The position numbers and the translations under genes are program-made. A stretch of DNA of 64,000 bases from Clostridia bacterium (GTDB lineage Bacteria > Bacillota > Clostridia > Christensenellales > CAG-138), in assembly GCA_017616435.1 (NCBI GenBank), contig JAFZYC010000012.1:3327-67326 (forward strand), written 5' to 3'. Under the pieces are notes generated by a model that made no database searches, was not told the origin of the DNA, and worked only from the letters and a program-made list of their open reading frames with translations. Below, in pieces: positions 46,100 through 54,590 of this stretch; the first letter of the stretch is position 1; each line of letters begins with the position of its first letter.

Positions 46100-46230
46100 A
46101 TAAGGGGATTCTCCTTGGCTCATATCTTACCAAGCATATCATACCACATAAAGACCAAAAAAGAAACCGTATTCGCAAAATAAACGTCCTATCCTGCGGA
46201 TACGGTCTGCTTTATGCTGCTTTGCGCGGG

Positions 46231-47001
46231 CTATCTCTTTCCCACGGGTATCTGCGCGCGGACGGCGCGGACTTCTTCAAGGTCTATGTCTAGGGTTAGA
46301 ACGCATTCGTCCGTTCCCGCGGAGGCCATCACCCTGCCCCACGGGTCTACCGCGATCGAGTTCGCGTAGGAGACGTAGGATGAGGAAGCGTCCCTCGCGG
46401 GGGCGCAGCCGAAGGCGAACACCTGCTCGTCCACGGCTCTTGCGCGGAACAGCAGCTCCCAGTGCAGCGGCCCTGTGGTCATGTTGAAGGCCGCGGGCAC
46501 GGCGAGCATGTCAATATCCTCCATGCCGTGTATGAATGCGGGGAAGCGGATGTCGAAGCAGATGCATACGCCGACCTTGCCGAATGGCGTATCGAATACC
46601 GTCGCGCCGTCCCCGGCGGAAAGCGTATCGGATTCCATGAACCGCTGACCGCCCTTTACGTCGATATCGAACAGATGCGCCTTCCTGTGGCGGGCGATCC
46701 TTTGGCCTTCGGGATCGTACACGAAGCAGGTGTTGTAGATGTGGCCGCAGTCCTCCTCCGGCATGCTTCCGCCGATAAGGTAAGCGCCGGCGCTCTTTGC
46801 GATGCGGGAGAGCGCTTCCGTCACGGGATCGCCCTCCTTTTCCGCGTTCTTGACGAACTGCGCGTTCTCATACGGGCAGCAGAACATCTCCGGCAGCATG
46901 ATAAGATCGGAGCCCATCGCCTTTTCGGCAAGCGCCTCCGCGCGGGCGAGGTTCGCGGCCTTATCGGGGCCGACATTCATCTGGATAAGGGATATCCTCA
47001 T
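46231..47001 (-). CDS. carbon-nitrogen hydrolase family protein (nitrilase superfamily, omega-amidase-like)
   Basis: Start at ATG 47001 overlaps the upstream stop (ATGA). Glu-Lys-Cys triad contexts LPEMF, RKAHLFD and VCICFDIRFP. The ORF-track N-terminal extension is Arg-rich and rejected. Confidence 0.85.
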   Translation of the reverse strand: MRISLIQMNVGPDKAANLARAEALAEKAMGSDLIMLPEMFCCPYENAQFVKNAEKEGDPVTEALSRIAKSAGAYLIGGSMPEEDCGHIYNTCFVYDPEGQRIARHRKAHLFDIDVKGGQRFMESDTLSAGDGATVFDTPFGKVGVCICFDIRFPAFIHGMEDIDMLAVPAAFNMTTGPLHWELLFRARAVDEQVFAFGCAPARDASSSYVSYANSIAVDPWGRVMASAGTDECVLTLDIDLEEVRAVRAQIPVGKR

Positions 47002-47759
47002 GTTTCCTCCATGTTCGAAGAATTGCGGAAATAGCGGTACGCCCTGCCGCAGCGGGCCCTTGTGAGCGCGCCGGCGGCGAGCAGAACGGAGCAGACTGTC
47101 TGCGCGTCCCTTTCGGGTATCCGGGCGGCGCGCGAAAGCTCCTTCACGGTAAAGCCCTTTTCGGCGATGCCTTCCGGCAGTACCCTCAGCCAATCCTCGG
47201 GGCCGACGAACACCCATTCGTCCGTGAGCTCTGTCGGGACGAGCTCGTATTTCGTGACGGAGGATACGCGCCTTCCGCGGCGTTTCGGCTCCTCACGCGT
47301 GCGGTACTCCTCCGCGTCGACGATGGGGATCACCACGACGAGCCCCGGCCGCCGGAGGTTTTCGCGGATGTGGACGAGCTCCCAAAATGCGTCGGTCACG
47401 CGGCCCTGCTTCGGCGAGAGCCGCGGACGCGAAAGCTCGCCCGTTTCCGGGTCGCGGTAGATGAGCTTCCGCCGCCGTATCACCGGGTGCACCAGCGTTA
47501 CGGGTACTTCGGGCGGGTATTCCCTCAGCTTGCGGTTCAAAGAAAAGAGGGATCTTGTCTGGACCTCCAAAATGCCCTCGGAGCTCATCGCGTCCGCGAA
47601 AAAGCCGGAGACCCTTTGCTCGTGGCAGGTCTCGTCCGGCTCATAATAGTATTTGAGCGCGGAATGCAGGGTCTTTTCGCCCAGCATCCCTATACCGCCG
47701 CCCTCGGGCTTTCTCAGGAGCGCCCTGGCGACAGCGGCGGAAAACCTAATGCTGTCCAT
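46998..47759 (-). CDS. hypothetical protein, PD-(D/E)xK nuclease-like N-terminal region with helix-turn-helix-like C-terminus
   Basis: GEKTLHSALKYYYEPDE...FFADAMSSEGILEVQTRS resembles a D...E-x-Q/K restriction-endonuclease-like core. The C-terminal FTVKELSRAARIPERDAQTVCSVLLAAGAL resembles a wHTH. Start is uncertain (47813, 47759 or 47687) and none has a good RBS. Confidence 0.35.
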   Translation of the reverse strand: MDSIRFSAAVARALLRKPEGGGIGMLGEKTLHSALKYYYEPDETCHEQRVSGFFADAMSSEGILEVQTRSLFSLNRKLREYPPEVPVTLVHPVIRRRKLIYRDPETGELSRPRLSPKQGRVTDAFWELVHIRENLRRPGLVVVIPIVDAEEYRTREEPKRRGRRVSSVTKYELVPTELTDEWVFVGPEDWLRVLPEGIAEKGFTVKELSRAARIPERDAQTVCSVLLAAGALTRARCGRAYRYFRNSSNMEET

Positions 47760-47815
47760 GGGCAAATGATAACACATGCGGGCAGATGCGGCAAGTACAA
47801 AAAAGCGGAGCATTG

Positions 47816-47975
47816 GGGCGCATTCACTTAAAGATACACAGCCTCTTTTGAGACGCTTCGCGGTTTTCGGCGGAAAAGAATACCGAGAGCGCGGTTATTC
47901 GCACTCTCGGTTTTTTGTTGCTTGTCGGTTTTGATTCACCGCCGAAAACCTATGTCTCCTTAAGTGAATGCACCC
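47816..47975. repeat. about 160-bp intergenic element bounded by 23-bp imperfect inverted repeats, with an internal 12-bp inverted repeat and a terminator hairpin
   Basis: GGGCGCATTCACTTAAAGATACA (47816-47838) versus TGTCTCCTTAAGTGAATGCACCC (47953-47975), 20/23 complementary. GGTTTTCGGCGG (47862-47873) versus CCGCCGAAAACC (47939-47950). Central CCGAGAG...CTCTCGG plus T6 (47883-47916). Confidence 0.6.
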
Positions 47976-47999
47976 TTGGGCTCCGCTAGGGCCGGACCG

Positions 48000-48893
48000 T
48001 TACCCTTCGGCAGAATCGCCGCCGAACCATCTGTTCCATACGTCCGCGAAGAAATCGCCGATGATCCTGATAAAATCGCCGATGCTCTGTATCACGGATT
48101 TCACCGTCTCCTTAAAGGAGTTCGCGGTCTGCGCGGCTTTGGCCATGTTGACGAGGCGCTGCTGGATCTCCTCGGCGGAGAGCCCCTCGAACATGCGGCA
48201 GAGGCGCAGTATCTGCTTCGCCTGATCCTCGGTCAGCTCCGCGTCGTAATCCTCCGCGATGCTGTTGATCTTTTCAAGCACGTCCGCGTCGTTCATATTG
48301 CGGGTCTCGTCGAGTATCTTCTTGACGTCGTTGATTATGGAGAGCGCTTCCTCGGAGCCGATGTACTCCGCGAGCTTGCCCGTCGCGATCAGCTCCTCGA
48401 TGCCGAGGTCCTTCGCGTAGTCGTCGAGCAGGCGGCCGGTCATATCCTCATAGGCCTTGTAGATGCCGGTGAGGGCGGCAGTCCCGCTCAGTGCGTACGG
48501 CGCCCAGATCTTGATCGTCGCGTCGGTTATGCCGGCGGAGATGAGCGCGTTCCTGTACATATCGGCGGTGACGAAGTTGATGTTGTAGGTCTCTATCTTG
48601 AGGCCGGAGCCTTCCTTCTCCGCGACTATGTATATGCTCGAAAGCGCGACGCGGCCGAGCTTATTGTCGGGCAGCTTGCCCTCGAAATACTGGCGCTCGT
48701 CCTTGTTGGTGACGGTCAGTATCTCAACGTCCTCGTCCGTGATCCCGAAATACTCTATCGCTTCGCGGCGCTGAGCCTCGGTAAGATCCGCGCCGAGCAC
48801 GAGCCTCGACTCGCCCGCTTCAAGGGCGAACGCGGCGGAACAAACGCCGAGCGTCATTATCACAGCGAGTATCATCGCAGTTATTTTCTTCAT
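48000..48893 (-). CDS. DUF1002-family secreted protein
   Basis: Start at ATG 48893 after AAAGGAGG. Signal peptide MKKITAMILAVIMTLGVCSAAFA. LGADLTEAQRREAIEYFGI and YNINFVTADMYRNALISAGI match the DUF1002 pattern. Confidence 0.75.
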   Translation of the reverse strand: MKKITAMILAVIMTLGVCSAAFALEAGESRLVLGADLTEAQRREAIEYFGITDEDVEILTVTNKDERQYFEGKLPDNKLGRVALSSIYIVAEKEGSGLKIETYNINFVTADMYRNALISAGITDATIKIWAPYALSGTAALTGIYKAYEDMTGRLLDDYAKDLGIEELIATGKLAEYIGSEEALSIINDVKKILDETRNMNDADVLEKINSIAEDYDAELTEDQAKQILRLCRMFEGLSAEEIQQRLVNMAKAAQTANSFKETVKSVIQSIGDFIRIIGDFFADVWNRWFGGDSAEG

Positions 48894-49016
48894 AATATCC
48901 TCCTTTGAGCCCGGATCGGCTCCCGGTAAGTTCGTTATGGGCGGCTTGGGCGAAACTGTCCCCCCAAGCGCCTTCACATATATAACGCACGAGACCGCCA
49001 AAAGGTTCCGTATATT

Positions 49017-49898
49017 TTATCGGGAAGCCGTGATATTGAGGATATCGTCCGGGAGCGGGGCCGAAAGCTCTACCTTTTCGCCCGTCATGGGGTGGCGGAA
49101 AACGAGCCTGCCGGAGTGCAGAGCGGGATGATCGATGAAGGGGACCTCCTCGCCGTAGAGCCAGTCGCCGACGATGGGATGCCCTGTTGCCGCCATGTGC
49201 ACCCGCAGCTGATGCATCCTGCCTGTCATGGGCACGAGCCGCACGAGGCTCATATCGTGGTGCGTTTCAAGCACGCTGTACAGCGTGCGGCAGGGGAGGC
49301 CGCCTTCGGTCACGGCCATCATGTAATGGCTGCCCTCGGGGTGCGCTATGGGCAGGAGTATCTCGCCGCTCTCGCTTTCCAAACGCCCCCACACGAGGGC
49401 GGTGTATTCCTTGTAAAAATCGGGCGTGTGCAGCAGGCGTATCATGCGCTCGTGGACGTATCCGCTCTTTGCGACGGTCATGAGCCCGCTCGTGCCCCTG
49501 TCAAGGCGGCTGACGGTGTGGACGAACTCGTCCTCCTTAAGGTATGCCGTAAGCGCGTTCTCGACCGAGCCGCCGACGCCCGCCCTTTCGGGATGTACGG
49601 TCAGCCCTGCGGGCTTGTTCACGACGATGAGCCACTCGTCCTCGAACACGATCTCGGGCGGTTCGCCGAAGGCTTCCAGCCGCTTCGTATCGGGCGGATC
49701 GGTGATGAGCGCGGAAACGACGTCGCCCTCCGCGCAGCGCGTGGTCGTGTAGCAGGGGCGGCCGTTCAATAATATGCCGCCCTCCCTGCGTTTAAGCCTT
49801 GAGATATGGGAGCGCGACATTAAAAACACGTCCGTCAGCACATGCATAACGGTACAGCCGGAAAGCTCTTGGCCTATGGTCTTTTCAAGCGGCTCCAT
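49017..49898 (-). CDS. RluA-family 23S rRNA/tRNA pseudouridine synthase
   Basis: 293 aa. S4-like N-terminus and catalytic Asp motif VSRLDRGTSGLM. Confidence 0.88.
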   Translation of the reverse strand: MEPLEKTIGQELSGCTVMHVLTDVFLMSRSHISRLKRREGGILLNGRPCYTTTRCAEGDVVSALITDPPDTKRLEAFGEPPEIVFEDEWLIVVNKPAGLTVHPERAGVGGSVENALTAYLKEDEFVHTVSRLDRGTSGLMTVAKSGYVHERMIRLLHTPDFYKEYTALVWGRLESESGEILLPIAHPEGSHYMMAVTEGGLPCRTLYSVLETHHDMSLVRLVPMTGRMHQLRVHMAATGHPIVGDWLYGEEVPFIDHPALHSGRLVFRHPMTGEKVELSAPLPDDILNITASR

Positions 49899-49911
49899 AC
49901 CTTATCCCTTT

Positions 49912-51201
49912 TCAGCGCATATCTCCGGGACCGCTCTTTCCTTCGGCGACGTCGACCGAAAGCTCGTATTCGTCGAGCTGATCCTCGTCCTCGTATTCGA
50001 GATCGTGCTGCCCTGCGCGCGACTCAAGATGATGCCTGAACTCGTGCAGTATCACGCGGCGCAGCTCTTCGGCGAACCGCTCGCCCCTCAAGCGCCCGTG
50101 CGCGCGCATGAACGAGCCGTAATAGAGCACTATGTAGCGCCCCTCCGGCCCGCCGTGATGGTATTCGCCGAGAATGTAAAGCGGCCTTTCCGGGCGGCTC
50201 TTTCTGTGGAGCTTTTCCCCGTCGGATATGACGACTCCGCCGTTCAGGCCGATGAAGAAATCGTCCGGCAGCTCTGCCGTGATCCTTTCGGCGAGCAGCT
50301 GGAACTCCACGGCTGAAACTCGCGCGGTGCGGCCGTTCATGGCTGTCCTCGCGTGGCCGCATGGGCTCGTGCGGGTAATGCCGAATATGTTCTTAAGAAT
50401 CCCTTCCGTCATGCGCAGCTCGGTCACGTCCCGCCAGCCGCCGCCCATCGAAACGTCCCGCCTTCCGGGGCCGTGATAGTCGCTGCCGCAGGTCGGCCGC
50501 AGCCCAAACTCGCGGGCAAGGGCGCGGAAGTAAGCCGTCTCCTCCTCCGAAGCGCGTGAATAGTATGCCTCGATCCCCCAAAGGCCAAGGTCCTTAAGCT
50601 CGATAATGAGTTCCCTGTGATCGCAGCGCATCTTCATCGGGTGCGCGAGCACCGCGACCCCGCCGGATCCGGTTATCGCCTCCATCGTCTCGCGGACGGA
50701 GGGGTGCTCCATGGACACATAGTAAGGCGCTCCGCGGACAAGGAAGCGGCTGAACGCCTCGTTCACGCTGCCGCAGTATCCGGCACTGACGAGCGACGCG
50801 GCGATATCCGCTTTCGTTGCGGTGCCCTTTAAGGGATCCTGCAGGTGATAAACGTCCATGCCGTCCGCGGCGAGGAGCGACAGCATGCGGCTGTTCCTTT
50901 CCGCGCGGCGCTCCGACTGGAGCGAGGTCAGGCGCTGGAGTTTCTGCGAGTACGGGTCGACGCCGAGGCCCAGTATGTGCAGCTCGTCGTCGAAAGCCGC
51001 CTCTATCTCTATGCCCGTCAAAAAGGGCTGAGCAAGCTCCTCGGCGGCGCGGAGCGCGCGGGGCATGCCGTCCGCGGTATCGTGGTCGGTGACGGCAAGG
51101 AGCGAAAGCCCCTTCTCTTTTGCCTCCTCTATTAATTTCTCGGGCGGCAGAACGCCGTCCGAGAAATCGGAATGTGTATGAAGATCAAACATCGTTTTCA
51201 T
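49912..51201 (-). CDS. PHP-domain phosphoesterase fused to a C-terminal minimal zincin (DUF1025-like, HExxH) domain
   Basis: [13 protein letters not shown] and AVTDHDT PHP motifs in the N-terminal ~280 aa. The C-terminal ~130 aa carry LYILGEY...ILHEFRHHLE. Start is at 51201 or 51192 and overlaps the ftsH 3' end. The ORF-track extension to 51369 is Arg-rich and rejected. Confidence 0.7.
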   Translation of the reverse strand: MKTMFDLHTHSDFSDGVLPPEKLIEEAKEKGLSLLAVTDHDTADGMPRALRAAEELAQPFLTGIEIEAAFDDELHILGLGVDPYSQKLQRLTSLQSERRAERNSRMLSLLAADGMDVYHLQDPLKGTATKADIAASLVSAGYCGSVNEAFSRFLVRGAPYYVSMEHPSVRETMEAITGSGGVAVLAHPMKMRCDHRELIIELKDLGLWGIEAYYSRASEEETAYFRALAREFGLRPTCGSDYHGPGRRDVSMGGGWRDVTELRMTEGILKNIFGITRTSPCGHARTAMNGRTARVSAVEFQLLAERITAELPDDFFIGLNGGVVISDGEKLHRKSRPERPLYILGEYHHGGPEGRYIVLYYGSFMRAHGRLRGERFAEELRRVILHEFRHHLESRAGQHDLEYEDEDQLDEYELSVDVAEGKSGPGDMR

Positions 51202-53305
51202 CCGTTTCGATCGTTGTTTCATCCGCTGACCGCGGTCCTTCGGGCTGCTCCTCAGCGGGCTGCGGCTCTTCGGCAAGCTCCGCCGCAGGCTCCGGCTCTG
51301 CGGACGCGTCCGGCGCCTCGGGAGCCTTCGTCTCCGCAGGACCGTCCTTCCAATCGCCCTCTCCCGCAAGGAGTCTGTCGAACTCCCTGCCCGAGAGGTG
51401 TTCGTTCTCGACGAGCGCGTCGATTATGCGGGTCATCGCTTCGGAGTTCGCCTCGATTATGGCCTTCGCCCTCTCGCAGGCCTCCTCCATTATTCGGCGC
51501 ACCTCGCGGTCGATATCGGCGGCCACGGCCTCGGAATAGTTGGGCTGATGCCCCCACTCGCGGCCGATGAATACCTCCTCGCTCCCTGCGAGGAACACGG
51601 GGCCGACGTTCTCGCTCATGCCGAACTCGGTCACCATGCGCTTTGCGAGCTCGGTCGCGCGCTTAAGGTCGTTCTGCGCGCCGACGGAGATATCGTCGAG
51701 CCTTACGGCCTCCGCCATGCGCCCGCCCATGAAGGACGCGATCTCGTCGAGCATCTTGCCGCGGGTCATGTGGGAGTGATCGTCCTCGGGGATATAGCTA
51801 GTGTAGCCAAGCGCCCTGCCGCGCTGGATTACGGAAAGCTCGTCTATGGGATCGCAGTGCGGGAGCATCTTCGAAACTATCGCATGACCGACCTCGTGGG
51901 TGGCGGTGATGAACCTGTCCTCGGGAGTGACCACGCGGCTCTTCTTTTCGGGGCCCCAGGAGACGCGCTTCATCGCCTCCGCGATGAGGTCTGTCGTGAT
52001 CTTGGGGAGATGGCGCCTTGCGGCGAGTATCGCGGCCTCGTTCAAAACGTTCTCGAGATCCGCTCCGGTGAAGCCGGGGGTCAGCTTGGCTATCTTATTG
52101 AGGTCGACGTCGTCCGCCATGGGCTTGGTCTCGGCGTACAGCTTCAGTATCGCCTCGCGGCCCTTTACGTCGGGATAGTCGACGGTTATCTGCCTGTCGA
52201 ACCTGCCGGGACGCAGCAGCGCGGGATCGAGCACGTCCGGCCTGTTGGTCGCGGCGATCACAATAACGCCCTGGTTGCCCTCAAAGCCGTCCATCTCGAC
52301 GAGCAGCTGGTTGAGGGTCTGCTCCTTCTCGTCGTGACCTCCGCCGAGGCCGGCGCCCCTCTGGCGGCCGACCGCGTCGATCTCGTCGATGAACACAAGC
52401 GCGGGAGCAAGGCGCTTCGCGGTATGGAACAGGTCGCGGACGCGGCTCGCGCCGACGCCGACGAACATCTCAACAAAGTCCGAACCGCTTATTGAAAGGA
52501 AGGGGACGTTCGCCTCCCCCGCGACGGCTTTCGCGAGCAGGGTCTTGCCCGTGCCGGGAGGGCCGACGAGCAGCACGCCCTTCGGTATCCTTGCGCCCAT
52601 GGCGGTGAACGCGGCGGGATCCTTAAGGAAATCGACGACCTCCTGTATCTCCTCCTTCTCCTCGTCACAGCCCTGAACGTCCTTGAACGTCTTCTTGTTC
52701 TTGCCGTCGGAAAGCCTCGCGCGGCTCTTGCCGAAGCTCATAGCCTGGCGGTTGTCGCGGCCGGATGCGCGCACGATAATGAGCGTCGTGCCGATCAGTA
52801 TCGCCGCCATGATGAGGTAGGGGAACAGCATCCAGAACCAGGAGGTCTGCTCCACCCTGAGTATGTAGGCAAAGCCGTAATCGTTGATCGTGACGGAATC
52901 CTTCGCCGCTCCGGTGACGGAGCAGACGAGGCTCGTCATCTCGTTCTGGAAGTTTTCGGCGGATACGACCGTCGCGCGGCAGTCGTAGGCGCGGCCCTTC
53001 TTGAAGTTTTCGAGGCGGGTGGAGATCTCCTTCTCCGTAAGCGCCTTCTTGTTGACCTCCTTGTAATAGTCGGGGGTGTAGAGGCCGTAAAGCTCCGTGC
53101 CGGAGATCCTTACCGCAAGTATGTTCTTGTTGGCGGTGTAGCTTTCGCCCTCCTCTGTAGTCATGCCATCGCGCACGATGTCGGAGAACTCGCCGAAGCT
53201 GTACTCCTGCGGCTTTATGCTCTGACCGCCCGAGCCTCCGATAACGAGCAGTATCACCGCGGCGGCGACGAGCACGTATATCAGCAGTGTTCCGTATTTT
53301 TTCAA
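51185..53305 (-). CDS. ftsH: ATP-dependent zinc metalloprotease FtsH
   Basis: Walker A GPPGTGKT, Walker B FIDEIDA, zinc motif HEVGHAIV. Probable TTG start at 53305 (KKYGTLLIY) 8 nt after GAAGGA. The ATG at 53353 is also possible. Confidence 0.93.
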   Translation of the reverse strand: MKKYGTLLIYVLVAAAVILLVIGGSGGQSIKPQEYSFGEFSDIVRDGMTTEEGESYTANKNILAVRISGTELYGLYTPDYYKEVNKKALTEKEISTRLENFKKGRAYDCRATVVSAENFQNEMTSLVCSVTGAAKDSVTINDYGFAYILRVEQTSWFWMLFPYLIMAAILIGTTLIIVRASGRDNRQAMSFGKSRARLSDGKNKKTFKDVQGCDEEKEEIQEVVDFLKDPAAFTAMGARIPKGVLLVGPPGTGKTLLAKAVAGEANVPFLSISGSDFVEMFVGVGASRVRDLFHTAKRLAPALVFIDEIDAVGRQRGAGLGGGHDEKEQTLNQLLVEMDGFEGNQGVIVIAATNRPDVLDPALLRPGRFDRQITVDYPDVKGREAILKLYAETKPMADDVDLNKIAKLTPGFTGADLENVLNEAAILAARRHLPKITTDLIAEAMKRVSWGPEKKSRVVTPEDRFITATHEVGHAIVSKMLPHCDPIDELSVIQRGRALGYTSYIPEDDHSHMTRGKMLDEIASFMGGRMAEAVRLDDISVGAQNDLKRATELAKRMVTEFGMSENVGPVFLAGSEEVFIGREWGHQPNYSEAVAADIDREVRRIMEEACERAKAIIEANSEAMTRIIDALVENEHLSGREFDRLLAGEGDWKDGPAETKAPEAPDASAEPEPAAELAEEPQPAEEQPEGPRSADETTIETDENDV

Positions 53306-53470
53306 ACCATGTATCCTTCCCGTCTGCACAGCGGAGCTTTGACAATAGCGCATCTGTACAAACTGCCCATTTTATTATATTGCCCCATTATACTACCATA
53401 AATCAGCGGATTGTTCAAACCCCCAAATGTAAATTGTACGTAAATAATCCGCCCTTCGCCTTTGACTCGC

Positions 53471-53509
53471 CAAAAAGAAAAGCCGCGCGGAGAGAAAACT
53501 CCGCGCGGC
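53471..53509 (-). terminator. intrinsic terminator after the DtxR-family regulator gene
   Basis: Minus strand GCCGCGCGGAG-TTTTCT-CTCCGCGCGGC followed by TTTTCTTTTTGG. Confidence 0.75.
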
Positions 53510-53522
53510 GGAAGCGATCACG

Positions 53523-53900
53523 TTATTCGGTTCTGCCGTGCTCCGAAAGGTGCTTTTTCACGGCCTCGAAAGTGCGGTCGCTGATATAGTGCTCTATCTT
53601 GCATGCGTCTTCCGCCGCGGTCTCATCGTCTACGCCGAGGGAAATGAGCACAGCGGTAAGTATCCTGTGCCTTTCGTAGATGGTCTCGGCGATCTCCCTG
53701 CCGGAGGCCGTAAGGGTAACGGAGCCGCCCCCGTCTACATCGATATAGCCGTTGCGGCGAAGGAGCCCCACCGCGCGGCTGACCGAGGGCTTCGAAAAGC
53801 CCATGCGCTCCGCTATGTCGACGGAACGGACCCTATCCTTCTGCTGCGACAGTATCAGTATGTTCTCCAGATACATCTCGCCCGATTCCTGAATGTTCAT
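53523..53900 (-). CDS. DtxR/MntR-family metal-dependent transcriptional repressor (two-domain, no SH3-like domain)
   Basis: 125 aa. MYLENILILSQQKDRVRSVDIAERMGFSKPSVSRAV wHTH followed by a dimerisation/metal-site helix region (ERHRILTAVL...CKIEHYIS). Confidence 0.85.
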   Translation of the reverse strand: MNIQESGEMYLENILILSQQKDRVRSVDIAERMGFSKPSVSRAVGLLRRNGYIDVDGGGSVTLTASGREIAETIYERHRILTAVLISLGVDDETAAEDACKIEHYISDRTFEAVKKHLSEHGRTE

Positions 53901-53988
53901 GACGCCGGCTGCCTTTCCTTTTATTTCGTATCTATATTACCACTTTGAGCGCGATCCCGCAAGAAAATATAAAAATTCGAAAAAACCC

Positions 53989-54077
53989 TTGACAAGTTAG
54001 CGGAAGCTAACTATAATACGGCGTGGTTAGCGTCGACTAACCGATTTTTTCGGAAACAGGGTTAGCAGAAACTAACC
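53989..54077 (+). promoter_or_regulatory. feo promoter with three DtxR-type palindromic operators
   Basis: TTGACA (53989-53994), 17-nt spacer, TATAAT (54012-54017). The spacer itself is the palindrome AGTTAGC-GGAA-GCTAACT (53995-54012). Two more boxes are GGTTAG-CGTCGA-CTAACC (54025-54042) and GGTTAG-CAGAAA-CTAACC (54060-54077). These resemble the DtxR/IdeR iron-box core TTAGGTTAGCCTAACCTAA. Confidence 0.7.
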
Positions 54078-54107
54078 GATGTGACGGAACATAGAAGGAG
54101 GTCGGAT

Positions 54108-54320
54108 ATGATGCCACTGTATTTGGCTGAACCCGGCGGGGAGCTAGTGATACGAAAGGTCGGCGGCTCGCCGGAGATAAAGAAGCATCTTGAGGATATG
54201 GGGTTTACCGCGGGCGAGAGGGTCAGTCTAATCTCACAGCTCGGAGGGAACATCATTATCAGGGTAAAAGAGTCCCGCGTGGCCCTGAGCCGCGAACTTG
54301 CGGGTAAGATAATGGTCTGA
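54108..54320 (+). CDS. feoA: ferrous iron transport protein A
   Basis: Start at ATG 54108 after GAAGGAGG. 70-aa SH3-like FeoA pattern (GELVIRKVGGSPEIKKHLEDMGFTAGERV). Confidence 0.88.
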   Translation: MMPLYLAEPGGELVIRKVGGSPEIKKHLEDMGFTAGERVSLISQLGGNIIIRVKESRVALSRELAGKIMV

Positions 54321-54337
54321 AAAAGGAGGAAAAGCAG

Positions 54338-54559
54338 ATGAAAACGTTAAGAGAAACACCCATCGGCTCCACCGTGACGGTGGTGAAGCTCCACGGTGAG
54401 GGCGCGGTCAGGCGCAGGATAATGGACATGGGCATCACGAAGGGCGTGGAGGTCTACGTCCGCAAGGTCGCGCCTTTGGGCGACCCCGTGGAGGTCAATG
54501 TGCGCGGCTACGAGCTTTCCATAAGGAAGGCCGACGCAGCGATGATAGAGGTAGAGTAA
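54338..54559 (+). CDS. feoA: ferrous iron transport protein A (second copy)
   Basis: 73 aa. GSTVTVVKLHGEGAVRRRIMDMGITKGVEV. Confidence 0.88.
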   Translation: MKTLRETPIGSTVTVVKLHGEGAVRRRIMDMGITKGVEVYVRKVAPLGDPVEVNVRGYELSIRKADAAMIEVE

Positions 54560-54590
54560 AGCCCCTTCGGGCGGAAAGGAAGAGTATCGC

